Positions 38,071 to 47,800 of a stretch of 64,000 nt of DNA are shown here, one piece after another. Under the pieces are notes generated by a model. The model worked only from the letters and a program-made list of their open reading frames with translations. It was not told the origin of the DNA and did not search any database. The stretch comes from Candidatus Latescibacterota bacterium (GTDB taxonomy: Bacteria; Latescibacterota; UBA2968; UBA8231), in NCBI GenBank assembly GCA_965203175.1, contig OZ241867.1, positions 4,576,001-4,640,000 on the forward strand, read 5' to 3'. The translations under genes and the position numbers were made by a program. Position 1 is the stretch's first letter. Each line of letters starts with the position of its first letter.

Positions 38071-39003
38071 TCAGCTATCCTTTCGCTCAGTAATGGCATC
38101 GAGGGCCAGCCGCCACATAGGCGTACTCATGTACTTGTCGCCGCCATCACAAAACACCGTCACCACCACTCCTGTATCTAGTTGGCGAGCAACTTCCAGC
38201 GCGGCCCAATAAGCCCCACCCGAAGACTGGCCGACAAGAATCCCCTGCTCGACCGGCAGACGCAGTGTAGTATCATAGGCATCATCGGTATCTATCGGTA
38301 TTTTGTAGTCAAGGAGAGTCTCATCGTAGATACCGGGGACAATTGAACTCTCCATGTGCTTAAGGCCCTCAATGCCATGAAACGGCTCGGCTGGCTCAGC
38401 GGCAATGATCTGGATTGCCGGATTGAATTTCCTAAGACCTCGACCGGTGCCCATCAGCGTCCCGCTAGTGCCGATAGTGGCGACAAAATGAGTAACGCGG
38501 CCTTGGGTCTGCTCCCAGATTTCGGGCGCAGTAGTATCGCGGTGGGCGTACCAATTCGCGGGATTATTGTATTGGTCAGGCTTGAAGTACCGTTCGGGAT
38601 TGGCTTCGTATATTCGCCGCGCTTCCCGTATGGCCCCGTCGGAAAGCTCCCCTGGGTCAGTGTATACCACTTCGGCACCATAGGCTGCAAGAATGGCCTT
38701 ACGCTCGCGGCTGACATTGGCGGGCATGGCTAATTTTACCCGATAGCCCTTAGCAGCACCGATCATAGCGTAGGCAATGCCGGTATTTCCAGAAGTGGAA
38801 TCCAAAATGACCTTGCCCGGCCCCAGTGACCTGTCTTGCTCGCCATCCTCGATCATCCGCCGCGCCGGCCGGTCCTTGACCGACCCTCCGGGATTGAAAA
38901 ACTCCAGCTTGGCATAAACTTCCACTCGCGGTGGAATCGCCGGATCCCTCAGCCGCAAAAGCGGCGTATCACCAATCTGCTCGACGACCGATAGGCCTGT
39001 CAC
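38071..39003 (-). CDS. cysM: Cysteine synthase, CysM-type
   Basis: NPGGSVKDRPA, STSGNTGIA, QYNNPAN, GTSGTLMG, GIEGLK. Confidence 0.85.
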   Translation of the reverse strand: MTGLSVVEQIGDTPLLRLRDPAIPPRVEVYAKLEFFNPGGSVKDRPARRMIEDGEQDRSLGPGKVILDSTSGNTGIAYAMIGAAKGYRVKLAMPANVSRERKAILAAYGAEVVYTDPGELSDGAIREARRIYEANPERYFKPDQYNNPANWYAHRDTTAPEIWEQTQGRVTHFVATIGTSGTLMGTGRGLRKFNPAIQIIAAEPAEPFHGIEGLKHMESSIVPGIYDETLLDYKIPIDTDDAYDTTLRLPVEQGILVGQSSGGAYWAALEVARQLDTGVVVTVFCDGGDKYMSTPMWRLALDAITERKDS

Positions 39004-39020
39004 AAAAATCTCCCCCTACG

Positions 39021-39049
39021 ATTAAAAGAACCAAAATCCACCATGTCAA
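39021..39049 (-). promoter_or_regulatory. sigma70 promoter of the cysM-mec-cysO-cysK operon
   Basis: TTGACA-17 nt-TTTAAT. Confidence 0.6.
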
Positions 39050-39065
39050 CTAACCCTGCGCTTTC

Positions 39066-39094
39066 TTGACACCTTCCAAGCTGCCTTCTACTTT
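39066..39094 (+). promoter_or_regulatory. sigma70 promoter of aspS
   Basis: TTGACA-17 nt-TACTTT. Confidence 0.6.
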
Positions 39095-39141
39095 ATTTTT
39101 TTCTCACCTGCAATCTAATCTTAATCATTTAGGTGTAATTT

Positions 39142-40926
39142 ATGGAAGAACCGAGCGAAAGCTTGGGCGACTGGGAGCGCACGCACGACTGCGGCACTCT
39201 CACAGATAAAGACATCGGGCAGCGCGTACTGCTAATGGGCTGGGTCTGGCGCCGCCGCGACCACGGCGGCGTTATTTTTATCGATCTCCGTGACCGCTAC
39301 GGTATTACCCAAATCGTCTTCAACCCACAGAGTGACCCCACTGCCTATCAGCAGGCCGATCACTTGCGCAGTGAGTACGTCATCGCCGTACAAGGCGAAG
39401 TCGAAGCCCGCCCCGAAGGCATGGTCAACCCTCAATTGCCCACCGGGGCGATTGAGGTAAACTGCGATCAGCTACGCCTCCTCAACCGCTGTCGGACCCC
39501 ACCTTTTCTCATCGAGGACCAAACCGACGCTGGAGAGGAAATTCGGCTCAAGTATCGCTATTTGGATCTGCGGCGGCCTCGTGTCCAAGGCAATTTGCTA
39601 CTCAGGCACCAAGGCTACCAAATCGTACGCCGCCTGCTCGACGAACGCGGCTTTATCGAAGTCGAAACGCCGTTTCTGACCAAAAGCACTCCCGAAGGGG
39701 CCCGAGATTACCTCGTCCCCAGCCGAGTCCATCCCGGACAATTTTTTGCTCTGCCCCAATCGCCTCAAACCTACAAGCAACTCTTGATGATCGCGGGCTA
39801 CGACCGCTACTTCCAGATCGTCAAGTGCTTCCGCGACGAGGATTTGCGCGCTGACCGCCAGCCCGAATTTACCCAAATCGACATTGAAATGGCCTTCGTG
39901 CGCGAGGATCACGTCATGACCATTGCCGAATATCTGACCCGCGCCCTTTTTGCTCAGTTGCGGCAAATCGATTTACCCAATCCCTTTCCGCGACTCACTT
40001 ACCGCGAAGCCATGGAGCGCTTCGGCTCCGATAAACCCGATCTGCGCTTCGGCCTAGAGATCAAAGATGTAGCGGCAGCAGCACGCTCTTCCCAATTCCA
40101 AGTCTTTCATTCCGTTCTTGATAGTGGAGGTCAAGTAAAAGGCATAACTGCCAAGGGCTGCAGTGGGTTCTCACGCGGACAAATTGATGATTTAATCGCC
40201 TTCGCCCAAGGATTAGGTGCCAAGGGTCTTAGCTGGATCAAACACACCGACGCTGGCCTTGAATCCTCCATCGTCAAATTCTTTCCCCAAGCCGCTCAGA
40301 CCCAGTTGATCGAGGCTCTCGAATCCGCCCCTGGAGACCTGATGCTTTTTGTCGCCGACCAGCCCAAGCAGGTCGCCCAGATTCTCGGGGCACTGCGCTT
40401 GGAGCTGGCTCAGCGCCTTTCATTAGTACCCGAAAATTCCTGGCAGCCCCTTTGGGTCAGTCAATTCCCACTGCTAGAACGCGATGAGGAAACCGACCGC
40501 TTTACAGCCGTGCACCATCCCTTCACAGCTCCCCTAGAAGAGGACTGCGCCCTATTGGATAGCGCCCCTGCCGAGGCTAGGGCGCGAGCCTATGACTTGG
40601 TCCTCAACGGCAATGAAATTGCCGGGGGCAGCATACGAATTTTCCAGCGCTCAGTACAAGCCCGTCTCTTTCAACTCTTAGAGATCGGCCCAGAAGAAGC
40701 CGCGGCCAAATTCGGTTTCCTGCTCGAAGCACTCGACTACGGAGCCCCGCCGCACGGTGGTATTGCCTTTGGCTTTGACCGACTGATCGCCTTGCTCGCC
40801 GACGAAGATTCAATCCGCGATGTCATCGCCTTTCCAAAGACCAATAAGGCCGTGGGCTTGATGGAAAACACCCCTTCTTCCGTCGATTTGGGCCAGTTGC
40901 GAGAATTGGGTATTCGGTATGCTTGA
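39142..40926 (+). CDS. aspS: Aspartate--tRNA ligase (RRDHGG suggests the non-discriminating type)
   Basis: RRRDHGG, STPEGARDY, FRDEDLRADRQPEFTQ, PPHGGIAFGFDR. Confidence 0.97.
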   Translation: MEEPSESLGDWERTHDCGTLTDKDIGQRVLLMGWVWRRRDHGGVIFIDLRDRYGITQIVFNPQSDPTAYQQADHLRSEYVIAVQGEVEARPEGMVNPQLPTGAIEVNCDQLRLLNRCRTPPFLIEDQTDAGEEIRLKYRYLDLRRPRVQGNLLLRHQGYQIVRRLLDERGFIEVETPFLTKSTPEGARDYLVPSRVHPGQFFALPQSPQTYKQLLMIAGYDRYFQIVKCFRDEDLRADRQPEFTQIDIEMAFVREDHVMTIAEYLTRALFAQLRQIDLPNPFPRLTYREAMERFGSDKPDLRFGLEIKDVAAAARSSQFQVFHSVLDSGGQVKGITAKGCSGFSRGQIDDLIAFAQGLGAKGLSWIKHTDAGLESSIVKFFPQAAQTQLIEALESAPGDLMLFVADQPKQVAQILGALRLELAQRLSLVPENSWQPLWVSQFPLLERDEETDRFTAVHHPFTAPLEEDCALLDSAPAEARARAYDLVLNGNEIAGGSIRIFQRSVQARLFQLLEIGPEEAAAKFGFLLEALDYGAPPHGGIAFGFDRLIALLADEDSIRDVIAFPKTNKAVGLMENTPSSVDLGQLRELGIRYA

Positions 40927-40963
40927 AAACGTACAGGCGGGGTAAGATTTTCACTTGTACTGC

Positions 40964-40993
40964 TTGACATCCACTCTAGGTCGCCTATATTTG
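40964..40993 (+). promoter_or_regulatory. Promoter for the lipoprotein-LysM genes
   Basis: TTGACA-16 nt-TATATT(TG). Confidence 0.5.
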
Positions 40994-41059
40994 TGCCAAT
41001 ATCCCGTATATTAATTAAGATCACTGTTTGATCCTTAAGCTAGGTGGAGGAACTACTTA

Positions 41060-41344
41060 ATGAGCTGTCTTTCCACTTTGTCCACTTTGAGATACTTAGG
41101 CGTTGCCCTAGCGGTAGTCGCCCTGTCTCTCGTCACTAGCTGCTCGCGTGTTCCTTCACAAGAGGACATGGAATACCTAGAACAACGGCGCCAAGCTACT
41201 CTGGCTGCCGAAGCAAAAGTAACCGAGCTACAGGCCAAAAAAGCACAGCTCGAGCGAGACCTCGCCGAGCGGCAAGCCACCAAAAAAGCATTAGAAGCCA
41301 AACTAGCCGCTACCAAGAACAACCTCGCCAACCAAGCTAAATGA
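41060..41344 (+). CDS. Small coiled-coil lipoprotein
   Basis: GGAGG RBS, lipobox LVTSC, A/K/Q/E-rich helix ending in Lys. Confidence 0.8.
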   Translation: MSCLSTLSTLRYLGVALAVVALSLVTSCSRVPSQEDMEYLEQRRQATLAAEAKVTELQAKKAQLERDLAERQATKKALEAKLAATKNNLANQAK

Positions 41345-41358
41345 GAAAGGGTTCGACC

Positions 41359-42189
41359 ATGAAGAAGTTGTCCGTTGGTGGGTTGGCTTTAGCACTGCTA
41401 GTCCTAGCGAGCGAAAACATTTCTGCTCAAGAGCAGCAGATGACCTGTGAGGAATACATGGCTCTGGGGCAGGAGATCGTCAACCGCGAGGCCGCGGCCA
41501 ACGCCCAGACCGAAGAACTAATCGCCCAGATTGAATCACTTAATATGCAGATTGCCCAGCTCGACCGGGCCAACGCCGACCTCAATGCCCAGATTCTCGC
41601 AGCAATCGGCCACTCCGAATCTGAAGTCATGGCCTTTGGGCGCGAACTCGACGCTATTATCGCCCAGCTCGAAGGTCTGATGGCACTGGCTCCAGAAGTA
41701 CTCATTATGCGTCGCGGTGAAGTCACCGCCATCGAATCCCGAGCTGCCGAGCTCAGGCAGAGCAACATAGCCGCTCTGCCCGAAATGATGGACAAGCTAG
41801 CTACCATTGACCAAATGCTCGCCGATCTCAAAGCGCGCATAGCCCAACCCGTAGTCATTGACTACAAGGTTGAGCGGGGCGACAACTTGTGGAACATCGC
41901 CAAAAAAGACCGACTCTACGACGATCCCTATATGTGGCCCCGCATCTACCGGGAGAACAAGGGTCAAATCAAAGACCCGGATTTAATCTACCCCAACCAA
42001 GTCTTGGGCGTGCCGTTCGGGGTAGCTGAAAATCAGTACTTGGTCACTCGAGGAGACTTCCTTTTCAAAATTGCCGCCGAGCTTTACAACAATGCTGGCA
42101 AATGGCATAAAATCTACGAGGCCAACAAGCAGCAAATCGTCGCGCCAGATTTAATTTTTCCTGCTCAAGTCCTCGACATCCCTCAGTAA
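41359..42189 (+). CDS. Secreted coiled-coil protein with two LysM domains
   Basis: Signal peptide MKKLS…ISA, YKVERGDNLWNIA…IYPNQVL and YLVTRGDFLFKIA…IFPAQVL. Confidence 0.9.
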   Translation: MKKLSVGGLALALLVLASENISAQEQQMTCEEYMALGQEIVNREAAANAQTEELIAQIESLNMQIAQLDRANADLNAQILAAIGHSESEVMAFGRELDAIIAQLEGLMALAPEVLIMRRGEVTAIESRAAELRQSNIAALPEMMDKLATIDQMLADLKARIAQPVVIDYKVERGDNLWNIAKKDRLYDDPYMWPRIYRENKGQIKDPDLIYPNQVLGVPFGVAENQYLVTRGDFLFKIAAELYNNAGKWHKIYEANKQQIVAPDLIFPAQVLDIPQ

Positions 42190-42224
42190 TTAAAAATACT
42201 TGATTTAAATAAATTTTAAGACTT

Positions 42225-42280
42225 AAAGGGGTTTGATTCCTTCCCGAGGGCTTTAAGGGAGGGATTTCAAACCCCTTTTT
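42225..42280 (+). terminator. Long hairpin, probable intrinsic terminator after the LysM gene
   Basis: AAAGGGGTTTGA…TCAAACCCCTTT followed by T-rich sequence. Confidence 0.65.
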
Positions 42281-42305
42281 GTATTTTTGTCCAACTACCA
42301 GGGCT

Positions 42306-43262
42306 ATGAAGGACATTTCCATCGCCGGCATCGATTGCCGCTCCCTCTTCGGGCGCAACGATCAGCACCTAGCACATCTCGAAAAGAGATACGGCATCCG
42401 CCTAGTTGCCCGCGGTGACAAGCTTACTCTTAAGGGATCCGCTGCTTCGGTGCGCGAGGCTGATGGCTTTCTCAGTCACCTCATAAAACGCATGCGCCAC
42501 GGTCCGCCCCTCAAAGCAGCCGAGCTAGAGGACTTGATCCACTCTAGTCCGGCCCTGCCTAAGGGCGACCACGGCACCCTTTTGAATCCCATAGCCCACA
42601 CCTATAAGACAGCCATCTGTGCCCGCACCGAGGGCCAAGCAAAATATCTCGCAGCCATCGACAACAACGACGTGGTCTTTGGCATTGGCCCAGCGGGTAC
42701 CGGCAAGACTTACCTAGCAGTAGCCATGGCTGTTGCCGCACTGCGGCAAAAGCAAATATCTCGTATCCTGCTCGCCCGGCCCGCCGTCGAAGCCGGTGAG
42801 AAGCTCGGTTTCTTGCCCGGCTCTTTTGAGGACAAGGTTGACCCTTATTTGCGCCCGCTCTACGATGCGCTACAGGATCTCATGGAACCCGAGCGGCTGC
42901 GGCGGATGCAGGACATGAAAATTGTCGAAGTCGTACCCTTGGCTTACATGCGTGGTCGCACCCTTAACGATTCGTTTATTATTCTCGACGAAGCCCAAAA
43001 TACTACACCGCAGCAGATGAAGATGTTTCTCACCCGGCTGGGTAGTCACTCAAAGGCCGTAGTTACTGGCGATATTACCCAGACCGATCTCAGCGATGAC
43101 CAGCCTTCGGGCTTGATCGTCGCGCCCAAGATTCTGACCGGGATCGCCGGCTTGGCCTTTGTTCGGCTCAACGAACGGGATGTGGTGCGCAACCCGCTCG
43201 TGCAGAAGATCATCAAAGCCTATGACAGCTATGGGGAAGCCCACGACTCGGCCGATTCATGA
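42306..43262 (+). CDS. phoH: PhoH family ATPase (YbeZ-like)
   Basis: GPAGTGKT, RPAVEAGEKLGFLPG, YMRGRTL, LDEAQN. Confidence 0.93.
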   Translation: MKDISIAGIDCRSLFGRNDQHLAHLEKRYGIRLVARGDKLTLKGSAASVREADGFLSHLIKRMRHGPPLKAAELEDLIHSSPALPKGDHGTLLNPIAHTYKTAICARTEGQAKYLAAIDNNDVVFGIGPAGTGKTYLAVAMAVAALRQKQISRILLARPAVEAGEKLGFLPGSFEDKVDPYLRPLYDALQDLMEPERLRRMQDMKIVEVVPLAYMRGRTLNDSFIILDEAQNTTPQQMKMFLTRLGSHSKAVVTGDITQTDLSDDQPSGLIVAPKILTGIAGLAFVRLNERDVVRNPLVQKIIKAYDSYGEAHDSADS

Positions 43263-45499
43263 ACGCGCTTAACTTCAAGTGGGTTGGTTTCAAACGCCGT
43301 AGCAATCAGCCCAAACCTTGGCACCCGCATAGTTTGAGGGTGTTCCATATCGCTTTGGCAGGCCTAGTCATCGGCCTGCTCACTTACCTATCGCCCTACC
43401 AGCGTCCCTACAATGTCACCCAGCTACGCGTCGGTAGTGTGGCCCAAGAGCGCATCGAAGCTCCTTTTCTCTTTAACGTGCCCAAGAGCGAGGCCGAATT
43501 GGAGCACGAACGCCAAGCAGCGACTGCCGAGATACCCACCATCTTGCACCGCGGTCCCTTAATTCAAGAGCGACAGCTAGCTCAGCTAGACTCGGTCTTT
43601 GCGGTGATGATCCCAAGAATCCGGGTCCAGATGGCCGACTCGCTCAAGCAACGCGAACTCCAACGTGAACTCCCCCAAGTTATCGGTTCGCTCTCGCTCG
43701 ATGCCCTTTCGACTCTCATCGACGTCCTCTCCACAGCCAGCGAGCCCTATGTGCACGACTTCCAAGCCATCTGTCGGCAGATTTTGGCCAATTACTATAC
43801 CGCGGGCATCATTGCCTCTAAACAACCGATTCTCCTAAGTCCCTCGACCCAAGTCCGCCTCGGAGACCGGGAACAACATATAGAAACTCTCTATAGCGAA
43901 GAAAAGCTCAAACAAGGCGAATTGATCTCGCGCATCCAAACTTATCATACGATCGCTGACCGCGACGCTGTCCAAGCCGTACACGAACTCCTAAGCATCT
44001 TTGTAGTCCCCAACCTGACCATTGACGAGCCGGAGACCACTCGCCTCAGAAACGCGGCACGGCGCGGCGTGGCCAGCATTAAGCGGATTTATGCCCAAGA
44101 CGACCTCATTGTCGACAAGCATGCCACCGTCACAGAAGAGCACGTCGACGCACTCGACGCACTGGCCGCCCAAATTGCCCAAGAACAAGCCCAGCATCCG
44201 ATCAAGCGCCTGATCCAAGTGGCTGCGGCCGCGACAATTTCCGGGCTTCTGATCTTCGTCTTCGGCTACTTCCTCGCCACGCACGAACGCGCTGTTTTTG
44301 ACCAGCCCGGCCAGCTCGTCCTATTAGCCATCTTGATCGTTGCCATAGCCGCCGCGGCCTCCTATATCAAAACGCATGACCTTCCCCCCTACTGGGTGCC
44401 AATTCCCCTCGCCGCTATGCTAGCGACGATACTATTGACGCCGCAAATTGGCTTGGTACTCTCGTTTGTGCTCGCGCTCTTTGTCGGCAACCTCTTTGCC
44501 AACTTCTACGTGGCCATAACCTGTGCCCTAACAGCGGCTATAGCCGTCTATGCGGTGCGGCACGTGCGCCACCGCAATCAGTTCTATCGCCCCATGATCT
44601 TCCTGCCGATCTCTTACGCGTTGCTCATCGCGGCGGCGGATCTGTTGCGCTTCTTCCCGGTCGAACAAATATACGCTCATATCCTACCCGGCATCGTCAT
44701 CGGCGCGGCTGCCCCCATTCTCACTATCGGCCTGTTACCGATCTTTGAAAGCCTTTTTCATATTACCACGGACATCACCCTGCTGGAGTTGTCAGATCCG
44801 AACCGGACCTTGCTCCGCCAATTGGCCATCCGGGCACCGGGGACCTATACCCACAGCCTGATTATGGCCAACCTCTCCGAGAGCGCCGCCGAGTCCATCA
44901 CCGCTAACCCTCTTTTGGCCCGCGTCGGCTGCTATTACCACGATATCGGCAAGGTGAGCAAGCCTGAGTACTTCAGCGAAAATCAGGGATTGCAAGGCGG
45001 ACGCAATCCCCACGATCATCTGATGCCCTACCTGAGTATGCTCATTATCGCCTCGCATGTCCGCGAGGGGCTCGAATTGGCCGAGGAACACGGCCTCCCC
45101 CAATCCATCTGCGACCTAATCTCCCAGCACCACGGTACCACCGTCATCGAGTACTTTTACGAGCGTGCCGTAGAATTGGGTGACCGGAGCGTGCGCGAGG
45201 AAGATTTCAGGTACAACGGTCCCAAGCCCCAGACTAAAGAGGCCGGAATCCTGATGTTGGCCGACTCAGTCGAAGCGGCAGCCCGCACCCTCGCCGAGCG
45301 CACGCCCAGCCGGATGCGCCAGTTAGTACACAAAATTATCCAGCAGAAATTCACCGCTGGCGAACTCGACGAGTGTGCTCTGACCCTACGGGATTTGCTC
45401 AAAATAGAGGACAGCTTCATTCGCGTGCTGATGGGCGTCCTACACAGCCGGATGGAATATCCTTGGCAGAAGGCCAATCGCAAATGGAGTACCGTATAG
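43259..45499 (+). CDS. 7TM-HDIG phosphohydrolase (PgpH-like cyclic di-AMP phosphodiesterase family)
   Basis: Extracytoplasmic domain, about 7 TM helices, APGTYTHS…YYHDIGK…QHHGT…MLADSVEAA. Confidence 0.9.
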   Translation: MNALNFKWVGFKRRSNQPKPWHPHSLRVFHIALAGLVIGLLTYLSPYQRPYNVTQLRVGSVAQERIEAPFLFNVPKSEAELEHERQAATAEIPTILHRGPLIQERQLAQLDSVFAVMIPRIRVQMADSLKQRELQRELPQVIGSLSLDALSTLIDVLSTASEPYVHDFQAICRQILANYYTAGIIASKQPILLSPSTQVRLGDREQHIETLYSEEKLKQGELISRIQTYHTIADRDAVQAVHELLSIFVVPNLTIDEPETTRLRNAARRGVASIKRIYAQDDLIVDKHATVTEEHVDALDALAAQIAQEQAQHPIKRLIQVAAAATISGLLIFVFGYFLATHERAVFDQPGQLVLLAILIVAIAAAASYIKTHDLPPYWVPIPLAAMLATILLTPQIGLVLSFVLALFVGNLFANFYVAITCALTAAIAVYAVRHVRHRNQFYRPMIFLPISYALLIAAADLLRFFPVEQIYAHILPGIVIGAAAPILTIGLLPIFESLFHITTDITLLELSDPNRTLLRQLAIRAPGTYTHSLIMANLSESAAESITANPLLARVGCYYHDIGKVSKPEYFSENQGLQGGRNPHDHLMPYLSMLIIASHVREGLELAEEHGLPQSICDLISQHHGTTVIEYFYERAVELGDRSVREEDFRYNGPKPQTKEAGILMLADSVEAAARTLAERTPSRMRQLVHKIIQQKFTAGELDECALTLRDLLKIEDSFIRVLMGVLHSRMEYPWQKANRKWSTV

Positions 45500-45936
45500 A
45501 TAGGCCCCTTCACATAGTCCAAGACGCGGACCTCGCCCCTCTGCATACAGACGCGCTCGTAGCCCTGCACCAGATCGCTGCGCAGGTCGCCTGCGTCCAC
45601 GCGCTTCCAGACGCGGTACAGCTAGTCCTCATCGACGACGACTACATGAGCGACCTCAATACCATCTATCGCAGCAAGGAGGGCACGACTGATGTCTTGT
45701 CTTTCGACTTAGGTACCATACCTGGTCAGCACAGCAGTGGCGAAGTATACATTTCTCTACCCCAAGCGCAGCGGCAAGCCGCCGCGCTCTGCGTCCCTCC
45801 CTTAGTGGAGCTAGCCCGACTGTTGGTACATGGCCTACTTCACCTAGCGGGCTGGGTACACGACACGCCCGAACAACTAGCTGCGATGGAACGCGAAACA
45901 GACCGCTTCCTTACTACAGCCTCCCCCTCTCTCTAA
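45484..45936 (+). CDS. ybeY: rRNA maturation RNase YbeY
   Basis: TDVLSF, HGLLHLAGWVH. Confidence 0.92.
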   Translation: MEYRIDRPLHIVQDADLAPLHTDALVALHQIAAQVACVHALPDAVQLVLIDDDYMSDLNTIYRSKEGTTDVLSFDLGTIPGQHSSGEVYISLPQAQRQAAALCVPPLVELARLLVHGLLHLAGWVHDTPEQLAAMERETDRFLTTASPSL

Positions 45937-45973
45937 GCAGCCTTGGCCGGCCGCCTTACCGAAAGGAGCCTTT

Positions 45974-47305
45974 TTGGAACCCCCACAAGTTGTTGACTTA
46001 TCCTCCGTTGCGTACGCCACGCTAGGCGGTGCAATCAGCCTCGTCTGGCTCTTTTTGGTAGCTAGCTACGAGACTACCTTCGCTATTCTCTCCAAATCCG
46101 TGCTGGAGAAAATGGCTGAAAGTGGCGTATCGCATGCGCGCGCCATGCTCCGCATCTACGAGCCGCGTCTGCGTCTGCGTCTGATGACTCGCCTCGGCGA
46201 GGCCATCGGCGTCACTGTCCTCGCCCTCTCCCTATTCTTTCTCGTGGAGACCCTCCTAGTACCGTACGCCCTTTCGAGCTATATCTCTGTAGCAGTAGCC
46301 TTATTCGGGGCGCTAGGACTTTTCATGATCGTGGCTACGCCCCGCCGCATTCGCTTTGACGAGGAGGGCGACGAAGCACGCATACCTGTCGTCGCCTTGG
46401 CCTATGCGCCGGTACACGCGCTGCTCCTACCTTTGACCAACCTCCTCGAACTCCTCAGCAGTTTTGACTACAGCGACGAGGACTTTCGCGCTGAAAAGGA
46501 AGAGGAACTGCGTAGCATCGTCGAGGCAGAAGGCGAGTCTGGCGTACTAGAGGAAAGCGAGCGCGAGATGATTGAGAGCGTCTTTGGCTTCCACGACCGC
46601 ATCGTCCGCGAAGTCATGGTCCCTCGCGTCGACATGGTCGCCATCGATCAATCGGCCTCTCTGCAAGATTTGCTCGATCTCATTAGAGACAAGGGCCACT
46701 CGCGCCTGCCCATCTACCGGGAAAGTCTCGACCACATCCAAGGACTGGTGTACGCCAAAGATCTGCTGCAGATCTTGGTGTCCCGGCCCGAAGTCGATCT
46801 GGCGACGCCCATAGACCAACTACTGACCAGTCAACAAGAGGGCGACTTGCGTTTTACCCACGAGCCCTATTACATCCCTGAGACCAAGAAAATCGACGTC
46901 CTGCTCAACGACCTGAGAGCCAACAGAATTCGCCTCGCCATCGTCCTCGACGAATACGGCGGTACAGCTGGCTTAGTCACCACCGAGGATCTCGTCGAGG
47001 AAATCGTTGGGGAGATCCAAGACGAGTACGACGAGGAAGAGGAGTTGCACCACTGGCAGGTCCCCGGCGAGGTACTCATCGCCAATGCCCGTATCGACAT
47101 AGACGATCTCAACGAGTTGCTTTCCACTGATCTGCCGAGAGCGGGCTTTGAAACTCTTGGAGGATTTATCTATGACCACTTGGGGAGCATCCCCGCGGAG
47201 GGCTTAGTCTTCACGGTCAATCATCTAGAGCTCGACATCCTCAAGGTGGAGGGCCAGCGCATCGCCCAAGTCAAACTCCGGCGCTTGACACCCGTTGCCG
47301 ATTGA
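45974..47305 (+). CDS. Hemolysin/CNNM family CBS-domain protein (CorC/TlyC-like)
   Basis: N-terminal TM helices, VREVMVPR, HSRLP, VLDEYGGTAGLVTTEDLVEEIVGEI. Confidence 0.92.
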   Translation: MEPPQVVDLSSVAYATLGGAISLVWLFLVASYETTFAILSKSVLEKMAESGVSHARAMLRIYEPRLRLRLMTRLGEAIGVTVLALSLFFLVETLLVPYALSSYISVAVALFGALGLFMIVATPRRIRFDEEGDEARIPVVALAYAPVHALLLPLTNLLELLSSFDYSDEDFRAEKEEELRSIVEAEGESGVLEESEREMIESVFGFHDRIVREVMVPRVDMVAIDQSASLQDLLDLIRDKGHSRLPIYRESLDHIQGLVYAKDLLQILVSRPEVDLATPIDQLLTSQQEGDLRFTHEPYYIPETKKIDVLLNDLRANRIRLAIVLDEYGGTAGLVTTEDLVEEIVGEIQDEYDEEEELHHWQVPGEVLIANARIDIDDLNELLSTDLPRAGFETLGGFIYDHLGSIPAEGLVFTVNHLELDILKVEGQRIAQVKLRRLTPVAD

Positions 47306-47310
47306 GAGGG

Positions 47311-47339
47311 TTGCGTCCGCCTATCCCATCCTTTACATT
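47311..47339 (+). promoter_or_regulatory. Promoter for tRNA-fMet
   Basis: TTGCGT-17 nt-TACATT. Confidence 0.5.
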
Positions 47340-47356
47340 AAGTACAAATAGCTTGT

Positions 47357-47433
<77 letters not shown>

Positions 47434-47438
47434 CCTTT

Positions 47439-47470
47439 TCAGGGAGTCGCTTGCGGCTCCCTGATTTTTT
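47439..47470 (+). terminator. Intrinsic terminator after tRNA-fMet
   Basis: TCAGGGAGTCGC…GCGGCTCCCTGA followed by TTTTTT. Confidence 0.85.
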
Positions 47471-47472
47471 CT

Positions 47473-47799
47473 ATGCCTATCTACAATAAGGTTCCCGACA
47501 ATCCCACCACCACCTCGGCCGAGCGCATCCGTCTCGACGAGCGCTTTGTATCTCTGCTCGTCACCGAAGACGCCCAAGATCGCCTCGAAGCCCAAGAATT
47601 GCGCCAACTCGTCCACCGCGCCCTACAAGCCCTTTCCGACGACGAGATGCGCGTTATTCAGCTTCGCTATCAGTACAAAAAATCGCCCGGCCAAGTCGCG
47701 TCGCGCTTGGGCCTTTCTCGCGACGTAATGGCTGCGCTCGAACAGAGCGGGTTAGAAAAATTGCGCCAAGGGCTCGAGGATTGGCATCGAGGCGTCTGA
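47473..47799 (+). CDS. Stand-alone sigma70 region 4 HTH protein
   Basis: ALQALSDDEMRVIQLRY…QVASRLGLSR…EQSGLEKLR. Confidence 0.7.
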   Translation: MPIYNKVPDNPTTTSAERIRLDERFVSLLVTEDAQDRLEAQELRQLVHRALQALSDDEMRVIQLRYQYKKSPGQVASRLGLSRDVMAALEQSGLEKLRQGLEDWHRGV

Positions 47800-47800
47800 A

